Shown: piece by piece, positions 1-11,149 of the stretch
How the letters are laid out: the number at the start of each line of letters is the position of its first letter
How positions within the stretch are numbered: position 1 is the first letter of the stretch
Assembly (NCBI RefSeq): GCF_004010195.1
Contig: NC_057719.1
Coordinates: 689,280 to 734,625 of the forward strand
Length of the DNA stretch: 45,346 nucleotides
Reading direction: 5' to 3'
From: Chiloscyllium plagiosum
Taxonomy: Eukaryota
The notes under the pieces: generated by a model
Seen by the model: the letters and a program-made list of their open reading frames with translations, nothing else
What the model was told of the DNA's origin: nothing
The model's database searches: none
Program-made: the position numbers and the translations under genes

Positions 1-220
1 TATAAGTCCTGCTAAGATTTGCTTTCCCAAAATGCAGCACCTCGCATTTATCTGAATTAAACTCCATCTGCCACTTCTCAGCCCATTGGCCCATCTGGTC
101 CAGATCCTGTTGTAATCTGAGGTAACCCTCTTCACTGTCCACTACACCTCCAATTTTTGTGTCATTTGCAAACTTACTAACTATACTTCTTATGCTCACA
201 TCCAAATCATTCATATAAAT
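1..220 (-). mobile_element. CR1-clade LINE reverse transcriptase fragment
   Basis: Minus strand translates as IYMNDLDV...SKFANDTKIGGVVDSEEG...WQMEFNSDKCEVLHFG. Confidence 0.9.
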
Positions 221-560
221 TATTCATGGTGTCGATGATGTGACAGAGTTTAAATTTGAATGAATGCAGCATTCATCACTGACCGTGTCAACATCACAGG
301 AGTTTGGCCAGAGGAGAGACCCCGAAGGAGACAGCGCTGGGGCTGGTGTGGTATTCTCAGTCTCTGCACTAGTGTCGGTAATATCCGAGCAAGCTGTGAT
401 AGCTGCAAAATTGGCTCTGGTACACTCTGACCGCTCTCTGACTGAATCCCGCTCTGATACACTCTGCAGAACATGGCCCAGCGCTGGCTCTTTCCTCATT
501 AGGGTGGACATACACAGAGCAAGAAACCTCTCTTGCACATATTTCAGGAATTTATCTTCC

Positions 561-732
561 TGGTACATTTACAACATTTAAGAGGCATTTGGATAGGTAT
601 ATGAATAGGAAGGGTTTGGAGGGAGATGGGCCGGGTGCTGGCAGGTGGGACTAGATTGGGTTGGTATACCTGGTCAACATGGACGGGTTGGACCGAAGGG
701 TCTGTTTCCGTGCTGTACATCTCTATGACTCT
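561..732 (+). mobile_element. CR1/HER1-like LINE 3' end
   Basis: catttaagaggcatttggataggtatatgaataggaagggttt...gaagggtctgtttccgtgctgtacatctctatgactct tail. Confidence 0.85.
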
Positions 733-1398
733 CTGCCCTTCACACTGTCAGTGCCCCAGCCTGTGTCATGAGAACACAGCCACTCGAGCCAGTCAGTCAG
801 TTGGATGACACACTCACAGGACTGTCTCTCCCAGTGTTGATGCAGAGTGCTCAGTCGAGACTCTGTTAAGAGTTGTTCCCAGGGTCTGATGTTTCTTTAT
901 GTTTTGAGGCTGGAAGGATACGGACACAGAGACTCCTCCGGTGGGGCTGGGCTTGAAGGCCAGGTGCTGAAGGCAACAGATGTCTCCATAGAAAAGCTGC
1001 TGGGGTTTGGCTTAACCCAGTGAAAAGGATTAGCGTGCGCTGTGTCAGACACTCCCCTGATCATCTGTCCGTGTTGAGATTGTGTCACTGGGCCCCTCCT
1101 TCTGTCAGCTGCATGGTATGTGGTAATTAGCAGCGTACCTGAGGGAGACTTACTGCTTCAGCAAGGACACAGTGGGTGTTCACTGGGACCAGCTTTAAAT
1201 CCAGCTACCAGTGTCCGAATCCACTTTAGGTGGAGATAGGTTCTCTCTCTGGTACCGGAGTTTGTTTTAAATATAGTAACAGAATTCTGCAGCAAAGATT
1301 GACTGAAGAGTTATAAATGTTCCATTTGGTCATTTGACTGAAGGGATGAATGCAGTTAGTTCAAAATATTAATCCCTTTTAGTAAGAATTTCTCATTC

Positions 1399-2720
1399 TC
1401 AGCACTGACCCTCCGACAGTGCGGCACTCCCTCAGCACTGACCCTCCGACAGTGCGGCACTCCCTCAGCACTGATCCTCCGACAATGCAGCGCTCCCTCA
1501 GCACTGACCCACCGACAATGCAGCACTCCCTCAGCACTGACCCTCATACAGTGCGGCACTCCCTCAGCACTGATCCTCCGACAATGCGGCACTCCCTCAG
1601 CACTGACCCTCTGACAGTGCGGCACTCCCTCAGCACTGACCCTCCGACAGTGCCCACTCCCTCAGCACTGATCCTCCGACAATGCGGCACTCCCTCAGCA
1701 CTGACCCTCATATAGTGCGGCACTCCCTCAGCACTGACTCTCATACAGCGCGGCACTCCCTCAGCACTGACCCTCTGACAGTGTGGCACTCCCTCAGCAC
1801 TGATCCTCCGACAATGCAGCACTCCNNNNNNNNNNNNNNNNNNNNNNNNNNNNNNNNNNNNNNNNNNNNNNNNNNNNNNNNNNNNNNNNNNNNNNNNNNN
1901 NNNNNNNNNNNNTGCGGCACTCCCTCAGCACTGACCCTCTGACAGTGCGGCACTCCCTCAGCACTGACCCTCCGACAGTGCCCACTCCCTCAGCACTGAT
2001 CCTCCGACAATGCGGCACTCCCTCAGCTCTGACCCTCATATAGTGCGGCACTCCCTCAGCACTGACCCTCATACAGCGCGGCACTCCGTCAGCACTGACC
2101 CTCTGTCAGTGTGGCACTCCCTCAGCACTGATCCTCTGACAATGCGGCACTCCCTCAGCACTGACCCTCATACAGTGCGGCACTCCCTCAGCACTGACCC
2201 TCTGACAGTGCGGCACTCCCTCAGCACTGACCCTCCGACAGTCTGGCACTCCCTCAGCACTGATCCTCCGACAGTGTGGCACTCCCTCAGCACTGATCCT
2301 CCAACAGTGCGGCACTCCCTCAGCACTGACCCTGCAACAGTGCAGCACTCCCTCAGCACTGACCCTCTGACAGTGCAGCACTCCCTCAGCACTGACCCTC
2401 ATACAGTGCGACACTCCCTCAGCACTGACCCTCATACAGTGCGGCACTCCCTCAGCACTGACCCTCTGACAGTGCGGCACTCCCTCAGCACCGACCCTCA
2501 TACAGTGCGGCACTCCCTCAGCACTGACCCTCCGACAGTGCGGCGCTCCCTCAGCACTGACCCTCCGACAGTGCGGCGCTCCCTCAGCACTGACCCTCCG
2601 ACAATGCGGCACTCCATCAGCACTGACCCTCATACAGTGCGGCACTCCCTCAGCACTGACCCTCCGACAGTGCGGCGCTCCCTCAGTACTGACCCTTCGA
2701 CAATGCGGCACTCCATCAGT
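1399..2720. repeat. 33-bp minisatellite, about 38 visible units, with an internal gap
   Basis: Unit cagcactgaccctccgacagtgcggcactccct; it explains the 11-aa repeat ORFs (VRHSLSTDPPT). Confidence 0.97.
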
Positions 2721-2774
2721 GGCGCTCTCTCAGTCCACCCTCAAAAGGTTAGTAATCCTTTAGTACCCTGTCAG

Positions 2775-2900
2775 ATTTTAGCTCAGTTGGGTGGATGGCT
2801 GGTTTGTGATGCAGAGTGATGCCTACAGCGTGGGTTCAATCCCAGACCGGCTAAGGTTACCCTGAAGCACCCTCCTTCTCAACCTCTGACCTCGCCGATT
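2775..2900 (+). mobile_element. tRNA-derived SINE head, degenerate
   Basis: A-box-like tagctcagttgg and B-box-like gggttcaatccc. Confidence 0.55.
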
Positions 2901-3309
2901 TCCTCTTAAACCCTTCCCACTAATTGGTGATCCTGGAACGACACATATTAAACTGACACATCATCTTTCATGTCTGTTCGTATTTTTGTGCTGAAGATTG
3001 AGAATTCCCAACAGCACTATTCCACCTTCCATTTCTCTCCCTCATATTTTTAAATGTATTATGCTGTAATGTTTAATGTCCTGCCTTTTTTTGTAGTTAT
3101 GACTCTACAATTCCTGTCTGGTTCCCCCAGCACATCACACATTACCTGTTGCATCCTTTCTTAATTATGGACACTGTATTACCACAGATATTTTAATTCA
3201 TTTTTAACAAGATTGTTTCTCACTCAACATTGCCCCTGTGTCTAAACTCTGTTCTTTAATATTCCTCTTTCATTTGCCATCAATGTCCTGTTTTCCTTCT
3301 TTACAAGGG

Positions 3310-3745
3310 AAGGGCAGGTGATGGTCTTGTGGTGTATCATCGCTGGACTGTTACTCCAGAGACAAAGAATGTGTTGCTGGAAAAGCAGAGCTGGTCAGGT
3401 AGCATCCAAGGAGCAGGAGAGTCAACGTTTTGTGCATCAGCCCTTCATCAGGATCCAGAGACCCCGGAAATATTCTGGATACCCTGGTTCAAATCCCACA
3501 GTGGCTGGTGGTGGGATTGGAAATCATTGAAATTAAGAATCCATTAATGAATCAATGAATCCATTACCAGGAAAACTAATCTGGTTCACTAATCCCCTTT
3601 AGGGAGGGATACTACCATCCTTACCTGGTCTGGTCTGCACGTGACTCCAGACCCACAGCAACGTGGTTGACTCTTAAATGCCCTCTGGATAATTATGGAT
3701 GGACAATAAATGCTGGTTTAGCCAGCAACTCCCTCAACCTGTGAA
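3310..3745 (+). mobile_element. tRNA-derived SINE, second family, interrupted by a hammerhead mini-element
   Basis: B-box ggttcaaatccc, body ccttacctggtctgg...gtgactccagacccacagcaa, tail ggacaataaatgctgg. Related copies at about 6200-6640, 11540-12100, 18098-18560, 39225-39580(-), 41535-42010(-) and 42220-42645. Confidence 0.8.
3364..3453 (-). mobile_element. Penelope-derived mini-element with degenerate hammerhead
   Basis: TSD tccagagac at 3355-3363 and 3454-3462; minus strand starts tcCTGATGAagggctgatgcacAAAACGTT. Confidence 0.8.
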
Positions 3746-3921
3746 TGATTAAGCTCAAAATTCCTCCCCACGTCACTGACACCATTTATAAGGCAGGATG
3801 GGGTTCTACTCACTTCCACCTCTCCATTATCCTCACAGCTTGCTCTTCTCCCCAACCTTTAACCACCTGGTCCTTCACCCCCCCCCCCCCCCCCCCCCCC
3901 CCACCCTTCCTTTTGCCTTAC

Positions 3922-4088
3922 CTGGCCTCAATGACTTCACGGAGGTGTTGCCAGTTCCTGTTGATGAGATTAAGTTTGTTGTCGATCTCCGGTGCTTTCG
4001 ATGGGCTGCTGGCTTTGATCAGTTCATCCCCAAGTTGTTTCAGCTGCACCTTATTCCTGTTGTAGAGGTTAATTTCCCCCATGCAATC
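3922..4088 (-). CDS. SYNE2: Nesprin-2-like coding exon (most 3' exon seen)
   Basis: Acceptor ttttag|G, donor AG|gtaagg, 167 bp. Encodes DCMGEINLYNRNKVQLKQLGDELIKASSPSKAPEIDDKLNLINRNWQHLREVIEA(R). Closer to recalled nesprin-2 (DCMEEINLF...EIDDKLNKINDRWQHL) than nesprin-1 (DYQEEIAIA...). Confidence 0.94.
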
Positions 4089-4554
4089 CTAAAACAGAAA
4101 GCACAGCGCCAAACCTGAAGGAGAACAAATAGCTCACCTGTATAATTTTGGGGAATCACTAAGTTTGATGCATGACCTAAGGAAATTACACATAAACTGA
4201 GTTGAGACAGTCAGTCTAAAAGGTCTGTAAGACCTGATTAGTTGCAAGACCGTTTCCAGGTCCAAGTTTCATTAAATTTATCAAAATAGGTACAAAAGAA
4301 ATGACACTTAATAAAAGAGGGAAGCCAATTGGAGTTCCAGATGCCCCTGACCATGGGCGGGGGAGTAATGGTGAGCAAGGGCCAGTCAGCAGTAACCCTC
4401 AATGGCTTGGTACACGACACAAAACCTGCAGACAGAATGACAACTTCAGTCAACAGGACAAAAACAGTCAACCAGGAACTCAGAGCTGGTTTTCCACTGT
4501 GTACTGACTGTCAGAGGGTCAGCGCTGAGGGAGCACTGCACTGTCAGAGGGATA

Positions 4555-6050
4555 ATGCACTTGAACACCAAGATCCCTCTGTCCCTCCACACTGCCAAGA
4601 ATCCTGTCTTTAATCCTATATTCAGCATTTGAGTTTAGACCTTCCAAAATACATCACTTCTCATTTATCCAGGTTGAGCTCCATCTGCCATTTCCCAGCC
4701 CAGCTCTGCATCCTGTCTTTGTCACGCTGCAGCCTGCAATAGCCCTCGATACTATCAATGGCACCTCCAACCTTTGTGTCATCGGCAAATTTACTAACCC
4801 ACCCCTCAACCTCCTCATCCAAGTCATTTATAAAAACTACAAAGAGCAGAGGCCCAAGAAAGAAAATAGGGAATTCCCCGGCAATTACAGATCAGTAAGT
4901 CTCACGTCTCACGTCTGTCGTCTGTAAGGTGTTAGAAAGGATTCTGAGGGATAGGATTTATGACCATCTGGAAGAGCATGGCTTGATTAAATGCAGTCAG
5001 CACGGCTTTGTGAGGGGCAGGTCATGCCTCACAAACATTATCGAGTTCTTTGAGGATGTGACTAGAAAAGTTGATGAGGGTCAAGTGNNNNNNNNNNNNN
5101 NNNNNNNNNNNNNNNNNNNNNNNNNNNNNNNNNNNNNNNNNNNNNNNNNNNNNNNNNNNNNNNNNNNNNNNNNNNNNNNNNNNNNNNNNNNNNNNNNNNN
5201 NNNNNNNNNNNNNNNNNNNNNNNNNNNNNNNNNNNNNNNNNNNNNNNNNNNNNNNNNNNNNNNNNNNNNNNNNNNNNNNNNNNNNNNNNNNNNNNNNNNN
5301 NNNNNNNNNNNNNNNNNNNNNNNNNNNGTACATAGATCCCTTAAAATTGCCACCCAAGTGGACAGGGTTGTTAAGAAAGCATATGGTGTTTTGGCTTTCA
5401 TTAACAGGGGGATTGAGTTTAAGAGTCGTGAGATCTTGTTGCAGCTCTACAAAACTTTGGTTAGACCTCACTTGGAATACTGCATCCAGTTCTGGTCGCC
5501 CTATTATAGGGAAGATGTGGATGCTTTGGAGAGGGTTCAGAGGAGGTTTACCAGGATGCTGCCTGGAATGGAGGGCTTATCTTACGAAGAGAGGTTGACT
5601 GAGCTCGGACTTTTTTCACTGGAAAAAAGAAGGAAGAGTGGGGACCTAATTGAGGTGTACAAGATAATGAGAGGCATAGATAGAGTTGATAGCCAGAGAC
5701 TTTTTCCCGGCGCAAACATTGTTAACATGAAGGGTCATAGTTTTAAGCTCTTTGACGGAAAGTATAGAGGGGATGTCAGAGGTGGGTTCTTTACGCAGAC
5801 AATTGGAGGAGCATGAAATGCGTTGCCAGCAGCAGTTGTGGAAGCAAGGTCATTGGGGATATTTAAGAGACTGCTGGACATGCATATGGTCACAGAAATT
5901 TGAGGGTTCATACATTAGGTTTACCTCACATGAGGATCAATGGTCGGCACAACATCGTGGGCTGAAGGGCCTGTTCTGTGCTGTACTGTTCTATGCTCTA
6001 TGTTCTAACAGAGCCCTGCGGGACACCACTCACCACTGACCTCCAGACAG
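4555..6050. mobile_element. Nested CR1 LINEs: plus-strand 3' part (4861-6007) inside a minus-strand RT fragment
   Basis: Plus ORF 4929-5816 has SQHGFVRGRSCLTN...LYKTLVRPHLEYCIQFWSP plus a tgttcta-type tail. The minus-strand host motif GVPQGSV|LGPLLF...FADDTK is split at 4860/6008. Confidence 0.9.
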
Positions 6051-6395
6051 AACAGTGTAGTTTCTCCTTTACAGATTGGCACCCTCAATGGGTTAACATC
6101 ATCCCAAATTGTTTAGTTGATACATCTACATATTCCTAAAAATTCCATAGCATACCAGTACCGATATAGGCATGATTGCAAACCACAGAAAAACCGGAGG
6201 AGGGAGCATAGTCGTCATGTCTCTGGATTAATAATCCAACATGGGTTCTAACCCCAGCATGGTAGGTGTGAAATATTAATTCAATAAAAATCTGGAATTA
6301 GAAGCCAGTCTAAAGGTGTCCATGATGCCAGGGCTGATTATTGTAAAACAATCTGGTTCACAAATGCCATTTAGAGGAGGGAATCTGCCATCCTT

Positions 6396-6480
6396 GGTCT
6401 CGATCAGAGTGGTGCTGGAAAAGCGCAGCAGGTCAGGAGCAGGAAAATCAACGTTTCGGGCAAAAGCCCTTCATCAGGAT
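6396..6480 (-). mobile_element. Penelope-derived mini-element with hammerhead, inside a SINE
   Basis: TSD tgcc(a/c)tcctt at 6386-6395 and 6481-6490; minus strand atcCTGATGAaGGGCttttGCCCGAAACGTT. Confidence 0.85.
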
Positions 6481-6880
6481 TGCCCTCCTTACCTGGTCCG
6501 GCCTACATGTGACTCCAGACACACAGCAGCGTGGTTATCTCTTTCCTGCCCTCTGAAATGCCATTCAGTTCAAGGGTAATTAGGGATGGGGCATAGTGCT
6601 GGTCTAACCAGGGACTCCGACACCCCAGGAATGAATAAAACGTTAAAATACATGAAAGCTCAAAATGTCTACTCTAACATAAATGAGTCTGTTACATACT
6701 CCAATTTACAAATATAATCCATTTTTAAACATAGCCATGTCCTTGTGGAACTTTGTTTTTGAACCATGAAGTATTTTCACATCTGTTAGCCTAAGCTAAT
6801 GTTAATTTGGTGCATAGAAACAGCCATAAAACCCAAAATCTATTTGCTCACTTTTGACTGGATTGCTCTTGGTCTCTGGC

Positions 6881-7072
6881 AGAAGTGAGCACTGCAGATG
6901 CTGGAGATCAGAGTCTAGATCAGAGTGGTGCTGGAAAAGCACAGCAGGTCAGGCAGTATCCGAGGAGCAGGAAAATCGACGTTTCGGGCAAAAGCCCTTC
7001 ATCGGAACGTCGATTTTCCTGCTCCTCAGATGCTGTGTGACCTACTGTGTTTTTCCAGCACTGCTCTGATCC
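6881..7072. mobile_element. Penelope 3'-end inverted pair
   Basis: Arms about 6918-6984 and 7006-7071 are reverse complements; TSD tgctcttggtct(c/a)tggc at 6864-6880 and 7073-7089. Confidence 0.85.
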
Positions 7073-7530
7073 TGCTCTTGGTCTATGGCTATTCTGACAG
7101 AAAGAGTTTTCGTTACAAACCACAATTAAACAGAATACAATTTTTTAATTCTTCAATTGCTTAATTGGGTCATAATCATGGAAAATCATTAATCCAATAT
7201 TTTTCAATCCAGTAAATATGCCAAGAATCAGTCTGCCCTGATATCACACATAATGCTCCTGATATCGGTTACTCCCAGTGAAGAAAATAACCCTGGATCT
7301 CAATCCTGAACTTCCATTTCAATCATTTCAACCCATTTTTCTCTTGCATTGCAGCTTGAATCAATATTTTTCAATCCAGTAAATATGCCAAGAATCAGTC
7401 TGCCCTGATATCACACATAATGCTCCTGATATCGGTTACTCCCATTTCAATCATTTCAACCCATTTTTCTCTTGCATTGCAGCTTGAATTCATTTTTCAG
7501 ATTTGACATTAACATTTCCCAACAATATGT

Positions 7531-7840
7531 GCGGCATGATGGCTCAGTGATTAGCACTGCTGCCTCACAGCGCCAGGGACCCAGGTTCGATTCCCGACTC
7601 AGGTGACTGTCTGTGTGGAGTTTGCACATTCTCCCCGTGTCTGCGTGGGTTTCCTCCGGGTGCTCCGGTTTCCTCCCACAATCCAAAGATGTGCAGGTCA
7701 TGCTAAATTGCCCGTAGTGTTAGGTGCATTAGTCAGGGGGAAATATAGGCATGGGGAATGGGTCTGGGTGAGTTACTCTGTGGAGGATCGGTGTGGATTT
7801 GTTAGGCCAAAGGGCCTGTTTCCATACGGTAGTGAATCTA
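7531..7840 (+). mobile_element. HE1-type V-SINE
   Basis: tRNA head tggctcagtgattagcac...ggttcgattccc, V-domain gtgtctgcgtgggtttcctccgggtgctccggtttcctccc, CR1-like tail. Confidence 0.9.
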
Positions 7841-8864
7841 AAAAAAAACTTGCATTTATCTAGCTCTTTTAATGTTACAAAATGAACATGGGTTTCACTG
7901 GAAAGACGTTGGAAAAAAATGGCCATTGAACTGCACGAGGTAATACATGGACAGGTGACCAAAAGCATGATCAAACAGGTTGGGTTTTAAGGAGCATCTT
8001 AAATGCTGAATGAGGGAAGGGAGGAGGCAGCGTGGGGGCAGGGGAGGGGGGGGGGACGGGAACGTGTGTGCAGGGGGAGAGGGTTGTACAAGGGAACTCC
8101 AGAGCTTGGAGCCCAGGCAGCTGCAGGTGCAGGCACTAACGGCAGAATGATTCAAATCAGAAAGGCGCCAGAGACCAGAATGAGAGGGCTGTGGGATTGT
8201 AGGCCAGGGAGTGAAGGTAGACATAGGGAGGAGGCAAGGCAATGGAGAGATTTAAAAACAGGGGTGTAAGTTTAAAAACCAAGGTATTGCTGAATCAGAA
8301 CATTAAATAAGTAGTGTAAACCGGAGGTGGTGATGTGGCTCCTGTAGTCTGCTCAGCTATTAATAAGATGGCAGGTACCGCTACCCAGTAGCCTGCTTCT
8401 GCTCCCTAGCGTAATAAAAATCTATCCATCTGAATTTTGAAATGATGACCCTGAGACCTAATAGTTTCCTCTTTTATTTTGGGGGGTGGTGGGCAGGGGA
8501 GGTATGTTGGAGGGGAAGAGGTGGAGATTGTTATTCCCCCTTCATATAGATATGTCCCTCCTGATATTACTGTCAAACAGCTTCACTCTAATTTGAAAAG
8601 TAATGCTCCTTATTCCGGACTCAATTTACCTGCTCATTTCATCATTTAAAAAATACTTATTTCGATCACCTTTTGACTACAGACACACAAATCAATACAC
8701 TGCAAACTATCCTTAAAACTTATGGGCAGCTCTAATATCATTGTAACATGATTACATTTCTTAATCAGTTGTAAAGACTTCCTGAGGATGTAAATGGTAC
8801 TATAGAAATGCAAGTTCGTTCTTTCTCTCTGTTTATTTCCCATCTGCCTGAGTCTTCTTTGTTA

Positions 8865-9125
8865 ACCTCCAGCAACTTCCAAATACACAGCCTCTTCCAT
8901 TTATAAGGACAAGGGCAGCAGATACATGGGAACACCACACTGTGCAAGTTCCCCTCCAAACCACTCACCATCCTGTCTTGGAAACATATCGCCTTTCCTT
9001 CACAGAGTCAAAATCCTGGAACTCCCCCCAACAAGGGCATTGCGGGTCAAGAAGGTAGCTCACCACCACTTTCTCAAGGGACAAGGGATAGATAATATAT
9101 TTTGGCCCAGGAACCACACATTCCC
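8865..9125 (+). mobile_element. LINE 3' fragment, CR1/L2-related
   Basis: aaggacaagggcagcagatacatgggaacacc...aagaaggtagctcaccaccactttctcaaggg; recalled as a common shark LINE 3' end. Confidence 0.6.
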
Positions 9126-9134
9126 AAACATAAA

Positions 9135-9478
9135 ATCATAGAGAATCCCTACAGTGTGGAAGCAGGCCATTTGGCCCATTGAGTCTACACTAGCCCTCCG
9201 AAGAGCATCCCACCCAGACCCACCCCCTCACCCTATCCCTGTAACCCTGCAATTCCCATGGCTAACCCACCTAGCCTGGACGCTATGGACAATTTACCAT
9301 GGCCAATCCACCCTAACTTACAGATCTTTTGAATGTGGGAGGAAACTGGAGCACCCAGAGGAAACCCACGCAGACACAGGAAGAATGTGTAAACTCCATA
9401 GACAGTCGGCCGAGGCTGGAATCAAACCCGGGTCCCCGAGAGGCCGCAGCGCTAACCACTGAGCCACCGTGCCTCCCC
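9135..9478 (-). mobile_element. HE1-type V-SINE
   Basis: Reverse complement of the head (ccactgagccaccgtgcc), V-domain and tail. Confidence 0.9.
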
Positions 9479-9526
9479 CAAATTGAATAAAAACAGTAGC
9501 TCAGCAGGGGCCAAAACATGCCGTAC

Positions 9527-9685
9527 CTCCTGGAGTCTCTCAATCATCTCCTGAACGCCACTGTCTGTGCTCTGTGAGACTCGATCTTCCATCTGTTTTA
9601 GCCAGTCTTCCAGATGCTTGCTCTTGGTATTAAACACGACCCACTGCTCGAGCCGGTCACTTATCTTCAGTGTCCGCAAGGACGC
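9527..9685 (-). CDS. SYNE2: Nesprin-2-like coding exon
   Basis: Acceptor ctgcag|G, donor GAG|gtacgg, 159 bp/53 aa. Encodes ASLRTLKISDRLEQWVVFNTKSKHLEDWLKQMEDRVSQSTDSGVQEMIERLQE (cf. recalled EDRLNTWVVFNEKNKELCAWLVQME). Confidence 0.94.
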
Positions 9686-10396
9686 CTGCAGGATTAGTGG
9701 ACAGAGCCAGTTAGCGGTATTACTACAGGCAGACTGTTGCATTTAGCTACAGCCTGGAGGAACTGCAACAGGTACTGAGACAAGTAGCACAGCAACCAAT
9801 TCCCTAACCCCCTACAACACCACTCACAGAGGTCCCAGAAATGCTGCTTGTAAACAAGATATATATTTGTCCACCAATATTCTCCTTCTTCCTTTAGACA
9901 GAGTAATGTTGAGTGGGAGAGAGGATTTATTCTCATCTCTCTCTCTCTCTCTCTCTTTTGGGTCAGTCCTTTCTCTCTCTCTCTCTCACTCAGAGCACCC
10001 TAGCTGTGCAATATTCCTCTTGAAGCAGGGACTAATTCACAGGGCCCTGTGCCTCTCAGGACTCTAATAAACTGGAATTTTAACAATTTAAATTTATATA
10101 GCACCTTTAGTGAATGCTTTTCTGAACCCTTTCAAGCTTCACAACATCCTTCCAATTGCAGGGAGACCAAAGTTGCACGCAATATTCCAAAAGTAAGTAA
10201 AGAGCAGCTACAAAAGCAGTCACAGTGCCCATGATACCAGCATCGAATGGTATAATAAGGCATTCTTGTTCATGAAGGTCCTTTCTGGAATGGGTCTGGT
10301 TGGGTGCTGTGTTTGTCTGAGGCAGTTAGCAAGTGAGTCACCCCGAAGCTGCCCTGAGTCCTCCTTCCTTGCTGCTACATGAACAGAATCACTTAC

Positions 10397-10552
10397 AGAC
10401 AGCTTCAGCTGCTCCCAATGGCTCTCCAGGATTGCGACTTGCTCCTGGAATCCAATCGCCACATCGGGAATAAGGTGCTTGCCAAGATCCACCTTCACTG
10501 TGCTCAACTCAACAAGCCTGTTCCACCAGCTTCGCATCAGCTCTCCCAGCTC
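10397..10552 (-). CDS. SYNE2: Nesprin-2-like coding exon
   Basis: Acceptor cagcag|G (tandem NAGNAG), donor TCT|gtaagt, 156 bp/52 aa. Encodes ELGELMRSWWNRLVELSTVKVDLGKHL...EQVAILESHWEQLKLS. Confidence 0.92.
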
Positions 10553-11149
10553 CTGCTGATCAACATGAAGGACAAAACTTACCACTTAGATAGAGAGGGA
10601 GAGGGGGAGAGAGGGAGAGAGGGGAGAGGATATGTACCTGTGAGTGCCCAGCGTGAATCTGGAATCATTTTCCGATCTCTGTGAGGGGAGTCCGTCGCAA
10701 CTGTGTCGATGGCAAGAATCAGATTTTCATTCTGCAATTTTTGTTTTTAAAACAAATGGTGTCTTATTCTGATTTTCTGTTTCTAAGTCAAAAGAAGCCA
10801 CCATTGGATGTTTCAATGTTCCGGAGCGGATTGTTTACGGGCGAAGCAATTAGATGTTCAGAAAAAAAGGGAAATTAACCCTTGCAATTTGAAGAGGGGA
10901 CCCTGGGTCTGCTGAAGTATGGTATTGTATTTAATGTAGGGTTTCCCCTCTCCTCGCGTCTCCCCCCAAAAAAATGACTTTTTGGACAAAGTTTAAATTT
11001 TTTTTTGAAAGAAACACCTAAGGTGTAACACTTTGAAAGAATTTTAAAAAGTCCTTTTTTCAGCATCATGTTATACTCGTGGATTTAGTGAGGGGTCGGC
11101 GAAGGGGGGGGGTGCAGTTGCTCAGAAGACCCTGAGTGGGTTATTTTTT

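Noticed and set aside
224..568. 114-aa minus-strand ORF as a nesprin exon or novel gene
   Set aside because: The N-terminal half (KFLKYVQERFL...RKEPALGHVL) resembles decayed CR1 endonuclease sequence; there is no nesprin similarity and no clear splice sites.
897..1138. Possible alternative coding exon after a ctccctcag acceptor
   Set aside because: The frame required by the upstream phase-2 donor stops after about 11 codons; the open frame is the wrong phase and has no recognisable homology.
1356..2819. Long 11-aa repeat ORFs, or a CRISPR-like array
   Set aside because: These are translations of a 33-bp tandem repeat; there are no unique spacers or cas genes and the context is eukaryotic.
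7531..7600. tRNA genes at SINE heads
   Set aside because: A/B boxes continue into V-SINE bodies; no complete cloverleaf.
10585..10637. Intron that would put MIPDSRWALT in frame with the nesprin exon
   Set aside because: Only 53 nt, below the usual vertebrate minimum intron size.
10875..11069. 64-aa ORF MMLKKGLFK...
   Set aside because: Homopolymer-rich, no homology recognised, no donor linking it to nesprin; at most a uORF.
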